The notes under the pieces are model-generated. The model was not told the DNA's origin, searched no databases, and saw only the letters and a list, made by a program, of their open reading frames with translations. A program made the translations under genes and the position numbers. From Octopus sinensis (taxonomy: Eukaryota), in contig NC_042999.1 of assembly GCF_006345805.1 (NCBI RefSeq), positions 132,618,001-132,682,000 on the forward strand: a stretch of DNA of 64,000 bases, read 5' to 3'. Shown here one piece after another: positions 26,391 to 38,469 of the stretch; position 1 is the stretch's first letter, and every line of letters begins with the position of its first letter.

Positions 26391-29300
26391 TGTTTCTTTA
26401 TTAGCCACACAGGGCTGCACACAGATAGAACAAATTACAAGGTAGAGCTTTTCTTTTGAAGGTTTAAAAAAAAAAAAAAAAGAAGGGGGAGTTTCGATCA
26501 AAAGGGATCGTAAAAGGAGAGAAAGAGGACAAAAAAAAAGGGGGGGTTAAAAAAAAAAAAAAAAAAAAGGGGGAGAGGAGAAAAAAAATTGATCAATAGG
26601 GATCGTTATCACAGAAATGTCAATATGAAGTGTAAAGGGGAGGACAGGTGAGGTTTACCCGTGGAAAGAAAAGCCTACGGAAAAGACCACGGTAACCTCG
26701 GTCAATGAAGTCACATTTTATATTTCTTTTTTTTTTTGTTTTTTTTTTTTTTGCAAATAAGCAACTCTCTGTTTTCGATTTCTGGGTTCATAGGACTATG
26801 CTCAAGGTGGCTTCGTCATTCATACGTGCCATTCTTGCTACATTCACCCATCTTTTTTTAAAACATTCGCTAGACAAAACTTGCCTCTCTACTCTCACTT
26901 TCCTTTTCAAGTGGTACTTGAAGAAGTTGATGAGAGATTGACCAGAGAGGAAAGTGTTTGTCTCCAATCCTTTCAGACGCGTCCACCAGATACATTCTTT
27001 CGCCATAGCCACAAGGATGATGAAAATAGCTCTTCCTTCCCGTTTGAAGGAAGGAGGCGTGACATATTGACGATAGACTCAGCTGATAACCGACTCGTCC
27101 CACACGTGACAGCAGTTGTTCGACATAAGCCCACAGGTCGGAAATTGTTGGACACTGAACGTGCGTGCAGAACGGTTCGTCGCTCTGACCGCATCTCGGG
27201 CAGGTCGGCCCCGTGTTTCTCGAGCCGTGTCTGTAGAGCTTATCCCGAACGGGTAGCGCTTCTCGGTAGAGCACTGCCAGGCCAGGATCTCTGGAAGTTG
27301 TCCATGGGCCCTGGCCCGAAAGTCGTCCCGAACAGCGGGTCAGGTACTCCTCGTCGACGTCCAGGTTCGCCCCGAGCTCGTCGTCGACTCCCCTCCACTA
27401 AACCCCTATAGAATGCTTTGGTTGTGTTGAAGTCACTTAAGGTCGACCCAGGACGGCAGAGTTGCTTGAGGGCAACGCGACACTCGCGGTGCCATTCGCC
27501 CTTCCTCGGCCTCTTTTTGATCCACGACTGCAGTTCGGTCATGGAGACGAGCTGCGGGAAAGCGTGCCTCACAAACGGCGACCACACCTGTTCACCGTCG
27601 TCTACATAGAGCCAGAGATGTCGCAGTCTCAGCGCGTGTCTGCGCATCATCAACCACGGCATGCCCAGCCCTCCTTTTAACGGTGTTGACAGCAAATGGA
27701 TCGCCTGACCATCGGGACGCATCCTTTCCACAAGAAGCGAAAGAGGATGCGTTATAGTTTGGTGATGGTAGGGTCGGGACAGGGTACGACGGTCAGGCGG
27801 TAGTAGATGACGGACGCGATGTACGTGTTCGCCACCTCCGCTCGACCTTTTAGGGACAGTTTCCTCTCGGCCCATTGCCGGGCGAGAGTGACCACCCTAC
27901 TCGTTATCTCGTTCCAGTTCTTCTCCACTTGGAGGTCCGGACCGAACCAGACCCCGAGCAACTCAACCGGGCCGTCGGTCCAGCGTCCCACGACGGAGGC
28001 GCTGGTGGACGGCATGGGCTTGCTTCTCCAGGTGCCTAGTCGCAAGCCCACTGACTTTTGCCGGTTGATTTTCGCTCCTGTCACCGCTTCGTAGTTTTTC
28101 AGTGTCTCGCCGACCAACTCGATGTGCTCGTGGCTAGACACTATGACGGTGACGTCGTCCGCGTATGCAGACACGCTCGTCCCGCATCCCAATTCTCGCG
28201 GGATGCCCCTTAGAGTCGCCAGCTTCCGCAGTAGTGGCTCAAGAGTCAATACGTATAGAAGCGCCGAGAGGGGGCATCCCTGACGGACCGAACGTGCAAT
28301 GTCGAAAGGTCTCGATAGATGTCCATTTACGCGAATTACCGAACGGATGCCTCTGTACAAGGCAGCTATCCAGCCGCGGAAGACGGGCCCGAAACCAGCC
28401 GCTCTCAGGACTGCCTCCAAGTATCGATGGTCCACCCTATCAAAGGCTTTCGATTGATCCAAGTTGATCAGGGCCCCACCCATGCCAGGTTCGTTAACTA
28501 CCCTGTCTATGATGTAGCGCATCAGATGGAGGTTGTCATGGATAGTCCGGCCTGGCACGGCGCATGTTTGCGCCCTGTCGACCAGTTTCTCGATGACAAG
28601 CGCCAACCTCTTGGCTAGCACCTTGGCCAAAATTTTCAAGTCTGCATTAAGCAGAGTGATGGGCCTAAAGTTATCTATTACATTTCCCTTGTTTAGATCT
28701 TTCTTCAGCAGTGTTACGGCTCCTCGGCTCACAAAACCAGGAATGCTCCCGTTTTGCTGCCAGTTGCAGTACACCGCCGCCAAGAGATCTCCAAACAAGT
28801 CTGGCATACAATTGTAAAGCTCGTAGGGTAGACCATCCAAACCCGGTGATTTGTCCCTCGAGCATTCTGCCATCGCTTCCCGCACTTCCGCCGCCGTGAT
28901 GGCACCTTCGCAGCACCCTGCCTTTGTTGTCGAGAGTCGTGGTAGGCTATGTAGGTAGGCACTGAAGTCCACCCTACGTTCTTGCCCTCCACTCGTTCCG
29001 AACAGTCGGGCAAAATGCTGCTGAAAGGCCTCACACATTTTACTTGGCTCGAGCAATTCGCGCCCCTGTTCATCTACCAGTGACCGAATGGTGGCTTTGT
29101 TGCCCTGTTGCGCCTCTGCCACCCGGGCCTCTCTCGCGGCTCCAACACCTTCGTTCCTTAGAGCACGCATCCTAGCTCTGACAGCACATCCTTCGTGTTT
29201 GGCGTTGAAGTGTTGGTCGAGGGCCAACCTCGCCGCCAAAACGTCGGATGCGATGCCGCTTCTAATTGCCTCTTCTAGCTTCTTAACTAGCTCACCCTCT

Positions 29301-29417
29301 ACTCTATTTCTATCTATGGCTAGTGCTTTGCTGTACCTAATCGCTTCTGCTTTTACTGCTCTCTTGAGGGCAAACCACCATTTGCCCTCAAGAGAGCAGT
29401 AAAAGCAGAAGCGATTA
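26391..29417 (-). mobile_element. Tx1 copy T3, 3.0 kb, 5'-truncated after the endonuclease
   Basis: RT motifs SPGLDGLP, NFRPITLLNADLKIL, LDQSKAFDRV, VRQGCPLSALLY, AYADDVTV; (TAGA)n on both sides (26270-26390 and 29418-29520). Confidence 0.95.
27752..29417 (-). CDS. Tx1 ORF2 fragment: stop-free reverse transcriptase region (~550 aa), lacking the APE domain
   Basis: Computed ORF 27752-29557; the first ~46 residues come from an upstream UTR piece and (TCTA)n. All RT subdomains are readable; downstream C-terminus is frameshifted. Confidence 0.8.
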
Positions 29418-29448
29418 AGATAGATAGATAGATAGGTAGGTAGGTAGG

Positions 29449-29519
<71 letters not shown>

Positions 29520-29520
29520 C

Positions 29521-29775
29521 AGACAACTTTCTTTATTGGACACACAGGGCTGAACACAGAGGGGACAAATACAAATGTAGAACTTTTCTTTTTGAAAATG
29601 AAAAATAAAAATAAAAAAAAGGGAACAAATGTAAAATTCCGAGCAAAAGGGATCGGGAAAAAAAAAAAGCGATCAAAAGGGATCGTGTATCACAGAAGAA
29701 ATTTTTAAAGATATGTTTCTTTATTAGCCACACGGGGCTGAACACAGACGGGACAGATTACAATATAGAGCTTTT
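29521..29775 (-). mobile_element. Tx1 3'-UTR dimer T4, inverted near-identical copy of 30811-31066
   Basis: Reverse complement matches the T5/T6 tail almost base for base. Confidence 0.9.
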
Positions 29776-29828
29776 ATAGTATATGTTCGCGTTTGCAGGA
29801 CTTAATGTTACCATCCATCCATCCATCC

Positions 29829-29903
<75 letters not shown>

Positions 29904-29905
<2 letters not shown>

Positions 29906-31060
29906 GAGCGACTTCAACACAACCAAAGCATTCTATAGGGGATTAGTGGAGGGGAGGTACGACGACGAGCTCGAGGCGAACCTGGATGTCAACGAGGAAT
30001 ACCTGACCCGCCTGTTCAGGACGACTTTCGGGCCAGGGCCCATGGACAACTTCCAGAAATCCCTGGTCTGGCAGTGTTACCGAGAAGCGCTACCCGTTCG
30101 GGATAAGCTCTACAGACACAGCTCGAGAAACACAGGGCCGACCTGCCCGAGATGCGGTCAGAGCGACGAAATCGTTCTGTACACACACGTGCAGTGTCCA
30201 ACCATTTCCGACCGGTGGGCTTATGTCGAACGACTGCTGTCACGTGTGGGACGAGTCGGTTTATCAGTCTATCGTCAATATCGTCACGCCTCCTTCCTTC
30301 AAACGGGAAGGAAGAGCTATTTTCATCATCCTTGTGGCTATGGCGAAAGAATGTATCTGGTGGACGCGTCTGAAAAGATTAGAGACAAACACTTTCCTCT
30401 CTGGTCAATCTCTCATGAACTTCTTCAAGTATCACTTGAAAAGGAAAGTTAGAGTAGAGAGGCAAGTTTTGTCTAGCGAATGTTTCAAAAAAAGATGAGT
30501 GAATGTAGCAGGGATAGCACGTATGAATGACGAAGCCCCCTTGAGCATAATCCTATGAACCCGGAAAAATTTAAAACAGAGAGTTACTTACTTGCAAATA
30601 AATGTGTTAACATGTGACGTTATTGACCGAGGTTACCCTGTTCTTTTCCATAGGCTTTTCTTTCCACGGATAAACCTTATCTGTTTACCCATTTACACTT
30701 TACATCATGGCATTTCTGTGATACACAATCCCTATTGATCGTTTTTTTTTTCCTTTTTACGATCCCTTTTGATCGAAAACCTATCCCCCTTTTTTTTTCT
30801 TCCCCAAAAGAAAAGCTCTGTATTGTAATCTGTCCCGTCTGTGTTCAGCCCCGTGTGGCTAATAAAGAAACATATCTTTAAAAATTTCTTCTGTGATACA
30901 CGATCCCTTTTGATCGCTTTTTTTTTTCCCGATCCCTTTTGCTCGGAATTTTACATTTGTTCCCTTTTTTTTATTTTTATTTTTCATTTTCAAAAAGAAA
31001 AGTTCTACATTTGTATTTGTCCCCTCTGTGTTCAGCCCTGTGTGTCCAATAAAGAAAGTT
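29904..31060 (+). mobile_element. Tx1 copy T5 (29904-30872) plus partial second 3' UTR T6 (~30885-31060)
   Basis: Begins (ATCT)n|ttgagcgacttcaacac; zinc-knuckle region; two successive AATAAAGAAA ends; followed by ~250 bp of (TCTA/CCTA)n. Confidence 0.92.
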
Positions 31061-31065
31061 GTCTG

Positions 31066-31101
<36 letters not shown>

Positions 31102-31114
31102 CCTACCTACCTAC

Positions 31115-31201
<87 letters not shown>

Positions 31202-31218
31202 CCTACCTACCTACCTAC

Positions 31219-31310
<92 letters not shown>
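31066..31310. repeat. (TCTA)n/(CCTA)n tetranucleotide array
   Basis: Direct observation. Confidence 0.95.
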
Positions 31311-31311
<1 letters not shown>

Positions 31312-31540
31312 AGCCCATCTGTATGTATGTATGCACGTACACACACAAACATAAAACACGCTCTCAATGAAACACATACTGGGAACGAATGTTAATGTAT
31401 ATATGACAGCCAGGCTTAAAGGCAATTCATGTTTAACATAAACATCATCACCCTTCTTCTCCTTCCTTCCTTTCTTTCTCCCTTCCTTCTTTCTTTCTTT
31501 CTTTCCTTCCTTCCAGCTGCTGCTGCTGCTGCTACTACTA

Positions 31541-31615
<75 letters not shown>

Positions 31616-31829
31616 ACCTATGTTGTCAAAAATAGTGTATCAAAATAATTGGATAAACCGTTGATAAATGAGTAAATAATAGAGTAAATAATTTGACAGG
31701 TTCATTGCTTCATTTAGGGCAAGAATTTTCTCTATCCGTGTACATCTGATCTTTTTTTCCGATTCTTGATTTTACGTCTGAAGGTTTTCCTTCGCCACGT
31801 TGTTGGTTAGGACGAGCATATTCTTGGGG

Positions 31830-31955
31830 ATTGTAATCAGCCGGTTGTGCTGTACTTTATTTGGGACGTGTTTGTACCACTTCATGTCAGTCTTCACACT
31901 GAAGTTTTGCATATTGTCCAGTGGATATAGCTGCCAGCTCGATTATATCTGGTGT
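31830..31955 (-). mobile_element. Small R4-clade fragment
   Basis: Translates RYNRAGSYIHWTICK then, across a frameshift, FSVKTDMKWYKHVPNKV, matching the RH..V...IHW.IC / WY.H.P..V motif of the other R4 copies. Confidence 0.6.
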
Positions 31956-32109
31956 ATATATATATATATATCTATATATATATATATATATATATATTCG
32001 GAATTGGTAAGGACTGGGCAACCGGTGAAGATGCGGTAAAACCAACGCATTGTGCTGGCTGCACATTCTGCATTTAGTATTGAGTTTAGCCTAGTCTCTC
32101 CTTACCTCT

Positions 32110-32389
32110 TGTAGTGTGTGCGAGATAGTCGATATATAAAGGCACCTACCTTCTCTTCGCTCTGATGGAGATCCTCCAGTGGTAACGGATCCTTCATCAC
32201 AGCCCCGACCCGAACGCTAAAGATAGCAGCTGCTTCACCCAACCTTAGCAACGTCTTCACACGTCTTGACACCTCGACGACCCTCGTTGGAAAGGCCGAA
32301 ATCCCCGCTCCCTGCGCACGCCTCACGGCTGCCCCTTCCGGTTGTCCCAATTTCCGGTCAACGCACCCAGCTGCTGACGTCATCCCACA
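32110..32389. mobile_element. Solo LTR (280 bp) with 5-bp target-site duplication
   Basis: GC-rich island bounded by TGT...ACA, flanked by CCTCT at 32105-32109 and 32390-32394; contains TATATAAA (~32133) and TGACGTCA (32375-32382). Confidence 0.7.
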
Positions 32390-32419
32390 CCTCTTTTCTC
32401 TACGGTTAGAAGAAAAAAG

Positions 32420-32805
32420 GTAAAACGAAGAGAAGAAGAAGCAGAGGAGGAGGAGGAGGAGGAGAAGAGGAGAAAATGAAGAAGAAGCGGAGGAGGAGGA
32501 GGGGGAAGAGAAGAAGAAGGAGTAGGTGTAGGAGAGAGAAGAAGAAAAAGAAGGTTGAGGAGGAGAAGAAAGAAGTGGAGAAGGAGAAGCGGGGGGGGGA
32601 GAAAAAGAAGAAAGAGGAGGACAAGAAGGAGGAGGAGGAAAAGAAGAAGAAAAAGAAGGAGAAGGAATAGGAGTAGAGGAAGGAGGAGGAGAAAAAGAAG
32701 AAAAAGGAGGAATGGAAGAAGAAGAAGAAGAAGAAGAAGAAGAAGAAGAAGAAGAAGAAGAAGAAGAAGAAGAAGAAGAAGAAGAAGAAGAAGAAGAAGA
32801 AGAAA
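32420..32805. repeat. Purine-rich (GGA)/(GAA)n microsatellite
   Basis: Direct observation; pure (GAA)n at about 32715-32803. Confidence 0.95.
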
Positions 32806-32871
32806 CGAATTTAATATGAGTAAAAGAAAAATATATAAAGGAATTCAACATGATTTCATATCCCAAGTTTT

Positions 32872-32919
32872 GTCGTGCTGACGAGTCCATAAGGAAGACG
32901 AAATAATGCTATTCACGAC
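32872..32919 (+). ncRNA. Canonical type I hammerhead ribozyme
   Basis: GTCGTG-CTGACGA-GTC-CATAAGGAA-GAC-GAA-ATA-ATGC-TAT-T-CACGAC: all conserved core bases, stems I/II/III of 6/3/3 bp, AUU cleavage triplet. Confidence 0.8.
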
Positions 32920-33404
32920 TACCAGCGACTTCAAGAAATCTATCTCGTGCAAATGAATAAAAAATATAGAAAAATATATGTATGCTCTTCAATGTTTAAT
33001 GTAATTATAAATTCTTCAACGTGCTGAATGCTTAAAGCTAGGAGCATTCTCTCCCCTTCAGTAGCAGCAGCAGCAGCACTAACAGTTAGCCAAGTGTGTG
33101 TCAGGGTCTGTTTTCATATTTTTAAGTCATATTTTTAAGTCATGATTTTTACACTTTGGTTTACTTCTCTATTGATCTACCTACAAACAATTCTCCATTC
33201 ACAAATGAATCAGTTTGGAAGATCATATCTATTTAACTCAATGCTTCACATTAAGATTTATTCACTGTAATCGAAGGCTAATCGAAGAGCAAGCTGTAAT
33301 TAGGTAAAACTGAATTAGGGGTGAATGACAGTATGATGTCAAAAGATTTTCCGTTAATTTTTTGATGTGCTGTTAATTTCCCACCCCATAATGTTCAGAA
33401 TCTA

Positions 33405-33508
33405 GGCGCAGAAGTGCTTGTATGGTAAGAAGTTTGCTTCCCAACCACATGGTTTCGTGTTCAGTCCCACTGCGCGACACCCTGGACGGAAACTGAATGA
33501 AGCCCGTC

Positions 33509-33588
<80 letters not shown>

Positions 33589-34330
33589 AGGTGTGTGGTG
33601 GCTTAGTGGTTAGGGTGTCAGCATCATGATCGTAAGATTGTGGTTTCAGGCGACGCATTGTGTTCTTCAGCAAAACACTTCATTTCACTTTGCTCCAGTC
33701 CATTCAGCTGGCAAAAATGAGTAACGTTGCGATGGACTGGTGTCCCGTTCAGCTGGGGGAACACATATGCCATCGGAACCGGGAAACCGGGCCCATGAGC
33801 CTGGTTAGGCTTTAAAAGGGCGCATTTATATATATATAGATAAATAGTTAGATAGATAGATATGCATGTGGTTTTGTGTCTGTGTTTGTCCCTCACCACC
33901 ACTTAAAAACCGGTGCAGCTGTGGCTAAGTCCCTGCAACTTCGTGCTTCGGCAAAGAGACCTATAGAATAAGTACCAGGCTTTAAAAAAATAAAGTACTG
34001 GGGTCGATTTATTCGACTAAAAATCCAAGGCAGTGTCTCAACATGGCCGTAATCTAATGACTGAAACTAATTAGTGGAGGCGCATGGCTCACTGGTTAGG
34101 GTGTTGGACGCATGATCGTAGGATTGTAGTTTTGATTCCTAGACCGGGCGACACGTAGTGTTCTTGAGCCAAACACTTCATTTTACGTTGTTCCAGTCCA
34201 TTGAGCTGGCAAAAATGAATAATATGCGACAGACCGGCGTGCTGTCCAGGTGGGAAACATATATGCCATGGAAACCGAGAAAGCGGCCCTTATGAGTTTG
34301 TATGACTCGATGAGGTAACTTTACCTTTAC
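33405..34330 (+). mobile_element. Nested SINE cluster: family A (33405-33510, 33865-34070) interrupted by family C (33587-33825), followed by family C (34075-34330)
   Basis: Heads ggcgcagaagtg..., ggaggtgtgtggtggcttagtgg..., ggaggcgcatggctcactgg...; family A tail resumes at 33865. Confidence 0.8.
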
Positions 34331-35024
34331 TTTATTGAAACTAATAAAGAGATAAAAGAGAGCTGTAAAAATGTCGTCTCAACTCATGCGTTTAAGTCAA
34401 TAAATTAGTAGGGTTTTTGTCCTTTGACAAAAGTTCATTAGGCTTATCTAAATTCTGCAATTTAAATTACTACTCATCCACTTAGATTATGGCGGGACAA
34501 TACTTCCTACATTCATCGCTGCTTTCGTGGATTCCTATGATTCTCTGTTGCCACCCAATTCCATGATTATAAATTTGAATTGGCGACTTGTGTCATAATA
34601 CATCTTTCATTAGCTGATTACACAACCACCGACGGATGCGTTGCAGTTACTCTTGATACAATTTAGTGATCCTGAACGTTGGTCTTCAAGAATTCCTCTG
34701 TTCAGCATCAATGTAAGAAGCACCGTCGATCAGCTGAACTCTTCCGCTACTCCTGTTACAATCAGCCATGTTACAGTCCCATGACTTCACGGTATCTCTT
34801 AAAACTTATTCAGAAACTCCACGGATAAACAATACGAAAGTATAGTAAACAATCCTCCTTTCTTACAAACAGTGCAGGAAAAATATAATGAATGTATGTT
34901 ATTCTTGGAAACGTTGTATAAATGTAAATCATTTTATTTCAAGGAAACAGTTCATTCTTAGATAAACTTCCTTCATTATGCAGTTCAGATTATTTTAGGA
35001 GATCATTTCCTCCACATCCGACAG

Positions 35025-35055
<31 letters not shown>

Positions 35056-35219
35056 TGTATGTATGTATGTATGTATGTATGTATGTATGTATGCATGCAT
35101 GCATGCATCTATGTATATATGCATGTATGTATATATATATTTATATATATACATATACATATACATACATAAATACATACATACTTACATACATACATAC
35201 ACACACACAAGCGCACACA

Positions 35220-35304
<85 letters not shown>

Positions 35305-36819
35305 CATATATATATATATAGATAGATACACACACATATCTATATGCATGTATGTATGTATGTATGTATGTATGTATGTATGTATGTATGTATGTATGTA
35401 TGTATGCATGTATGTATGTATGTATGCATCAAAACTGTGAAGATTGACGTTCATATGGTTATGTGTTGTAATGTGTGAATATATTAAATATTGCTAATAT
35501 GGCGTTTTGGAGTTTGGTGTAGCATGGTGTTTGGTATACCATCAAGTTTTGTATGGCATGTTACTTTCCTCACATAAATTGTCCTAATTTTGACAACATT
35601 TTGTGCGCGTGAATCGGTATATATGAGTGTGAATGTGTGTGCATGAGTGTACTTGCGTGTGAGATTTCGTGTGTATTCATATATGTATGTATATGTGCAT
35701 CTGTGTTTGAGTTTATTTATCTATGTATCAATGACTGAGTATGTATGTGTGTATGAATAAAGAAAGTGAAAGTGAGAGATAGAGATCGAGAGAGAGAGAG
35801 AAAGAGAGAGAGATATGGACGGAAGGAGAAGGAGAGAGAAAATGAGACCGAGTGTGAGGAAAAGAGAATAGTATGAGGACGAGTGAAAAATGGGAGATCA
35901 ATATATGTATTTATAGATTGATAGATTGATTATAAGTCATTGGCAACAGAAAATAAATCAAATGGTTGCTTGATAAAAAAAAATATGAGATAAAGTCAGG
36001 TTGAATATACTGATATATGGTTATGATAAGAGAGAGATATCACCATAATCAAATATGAAATTATCATCCACTTGAACAGTTCAATAGTTTAAAATGTTAG
36101 AAGCTCTACAGTAACTTCAAACTGCTCCACGTTTGCTTCAATGGATGAATGAGCTCATATCCCATATGACATCGGTGGGCGTGAAATAAATGGCTAGAAA
36201 GAAGAACGACATTCTGTGTATATTCCAAAATCGAAGCTTTCACCACTCCAGCATACTCACTATATCGACATAAATGTGTTTTTCTTGCTAAAAGACAAAG
36301 CGCTCAGTTAAATGAATTGAACATTGCATTGAAAAGAGTAAAAGAACAGTATTGTATGACGTGTTATTGGGGAGGGAGTGAAACTGTTCTTAGACTTTCT
36401 GTATCTATGTCGTTACTGATGTAGATAGAGATATTTCTGCTTTAAGCTTCTGGTAGATACCGCTATCAGAAAAGTGTATGTGATAAATATTTATTTCCTT
36501 TTTCATACATTGACGTTCTCAGTTTAATGACGCGATATAAGAAGCAAACCGGAAGAGTAACGTACTAAAATATGTAATATATATTTACAATGCCCCATAC
36601 CCTGCATAAATGGGCAATGCTCATTAATATGAATGTGTGTATTTGTATGTATGAATGTATGTATTTACAAACATGCGTGTGTATGCGTGTCTATATCTAC
36701 AGTGACAAACACCCACCCACCTACCTACCTACCTGCCTACCTGCCTACCTACCTACCTACCTACCTACCTACCTACCTACCTGCATAAATACATACATAC
36801 ATACACATACATACATATA

Positions 36820-37075
36820 TACATAGGCATGAAAAGACATACATAAAACAAAACATACAAATCTGCACGTATACATACATACATACATATATACATACAT
36901 ACATGCATACATGCATACATGCATACATACATACATACATACATACATACATACATACATACATACATACCCAGTTGTTTATGTTGATATTCCAGTGAAG
37001 GAACCTTGGATCTAGATTAGAAACCGGTTCTTTATTAGCAAAATATCTTGAAATAAAATTGAATAATGACATGAC
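36820..37075 (+). mobile_element. 3' UTR of the (CATA)n-associated RLE LINE family
   Basis: catacataaaacaaaacatacaaatctgcac-(CATA)n-ccagttgtttatgttgatattccagtgaaggaacc...cttgaaataaaattgaataatgac-(CATA)n; inverted homologue of 38470-38735. Confidence 0.7.
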
Positions 37076-37875
37076 ATACATACATAGATACACACACACA
37101 TACACACACACACAAACACACACACACAAACACACACACATGTATGTATGTATTTATGTATGTATGTATGTATGTATGTATGTATGTGTGTGTGTATATA
37201 TATGTGTGTGTGTGAGAAAGGGAGAGATAAATATAAAAGAGACAGATGTTGTGTATGTGGTGCTTACATGCTTTAAATAAGGATTTGTTGTTGTATTACG
37301 GAATGAACATACATGTTTCCAGTTTGAATCGAACTTATGAATTGTAGAAATTAGTCATGGATTCAATTATTGCTGGTTTCTCACGTTTTAATGAAATGTT
37401 AACACCTTTTTCTTACATACAATATCTTCGTGGGCAGAAAAGCGGAATCAACTGGACTCGTTTCAATAATGTACTGGGTTTTCATGAGCAACTGATGTAC
37501 TTTTCACAAAGACACTACGTCTAAACTCACAATTTCTAAGGGCTAAGTAAATCGGCTACACCGATTTGCGTTTATAACGCGCTATTTTCGGATAGATCGA
37601 TTTATTCATGAATTAAAAAATACCTCCTAGCCCAGCCAAAAAATTGCTGATATGTTTCGAGCTATGCCCATTGTTTACTACTGCGAAGACAAAATAGAGC
37701 CGACATCATCCACGTAATTCTTTCTTCATAATGGGTGGATGTTAAACAAGTTTGAAATGTCGGAAACCATTTCAGTTTTATTAAATGCAGTAATTTGTCG
37801 CCCTACTTTTCCAATTTCCACAGTCCCACGTCATAAGAAACCCCCATTTATCTAACAATATATATATAGTATACA

Positions 37876-37961
<86 letters not shown>

Positions 37962-37971
37962 ATATATTGTA

Positions 37972-38003
<32 letters not shown>

Positions 38004-38004
38004 T

Positions 38005-38384
38005 GTTACAGTTCCAGTGATGGATTGGATGTAGTCTTCGAATTAGCTTTCTCCTTTCTGGTTTTGTATATATGTATGTATGTATGTATGATATATGTAT
38101 GTAATGTTATGTATAAATGCATGTATGTATGTATGAATGTACGTACGCATGTATGCATGTATGTACGTACGTACGTATGTATGTATGTATATAGCTGTTT
38201 TAATTTCCAAGTTCCACCAATATTCTTTTGACGCATCGGTTTCAATATTGTCAGATTCGTCTGTAGGTGTTCTCTTTTTTGTTATTCAGTTCGAGATCGT
38301 TCTAGCCATTGCATCATGACTCTTGGGAAGATAATACCCGGAAGATATTCTCTCACAATTATCAATAATGTGGTTGATGTCTTG
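38005..38384 (-). mobile_element. Two fragments of an RLE (R4-like) ORF separated by (CATA)n
   Basis: 38384-38200: QDINHIIDNCERISSGYYLPKSHDAMAR...KEYWWNLEI; 38070-38005: ERRKLIRRLH..IQSITGTV. Confidence 0.65.
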
Positions 38385-38469
38385 TATGTATGTATGTATG
38401 TATGTATGTATGTATGTATGTATGTATGTATGTATGTATGTGTGTGTATGTATGTAAGTATGTATGCAT

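Noticed and set aside
26780-27900. Dense frameshifts in the 3' third of Tx1 copy T3 as biological decay or programmed frameshifting
   Set aside because: Mostly single-base losses in short homopolymers next to a clean upstream ORF, a pattern typical of long-read consensus error; needs raw reads.
32102-32890. 262-aa minus-strand ORF ending at a donor-like AG|GTAAGG
   Set aside because: It consists of reverse (GAA)n plus the solo LTR; the donor-like motif overlaps the CCTCT TSD.
34614-34712. 99-nt open plus-strand exon candidate (LITQPPTDALQLLLIQFSDPERWSSRIPLFSIN)
   Set aside because: Moderate splice sites, no recognised homology, and no compatible partner exon; unsupported without RNA-seq.
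36780-36970. (CATA)n directly upstream of the 100-bp terminal UTR segment taken as proof of target-site insertion
   Set aside because: That tract is internal to the LINE 3' UTR, since homology continues upstream of it; only the true 5' junctions were counted as evidence.
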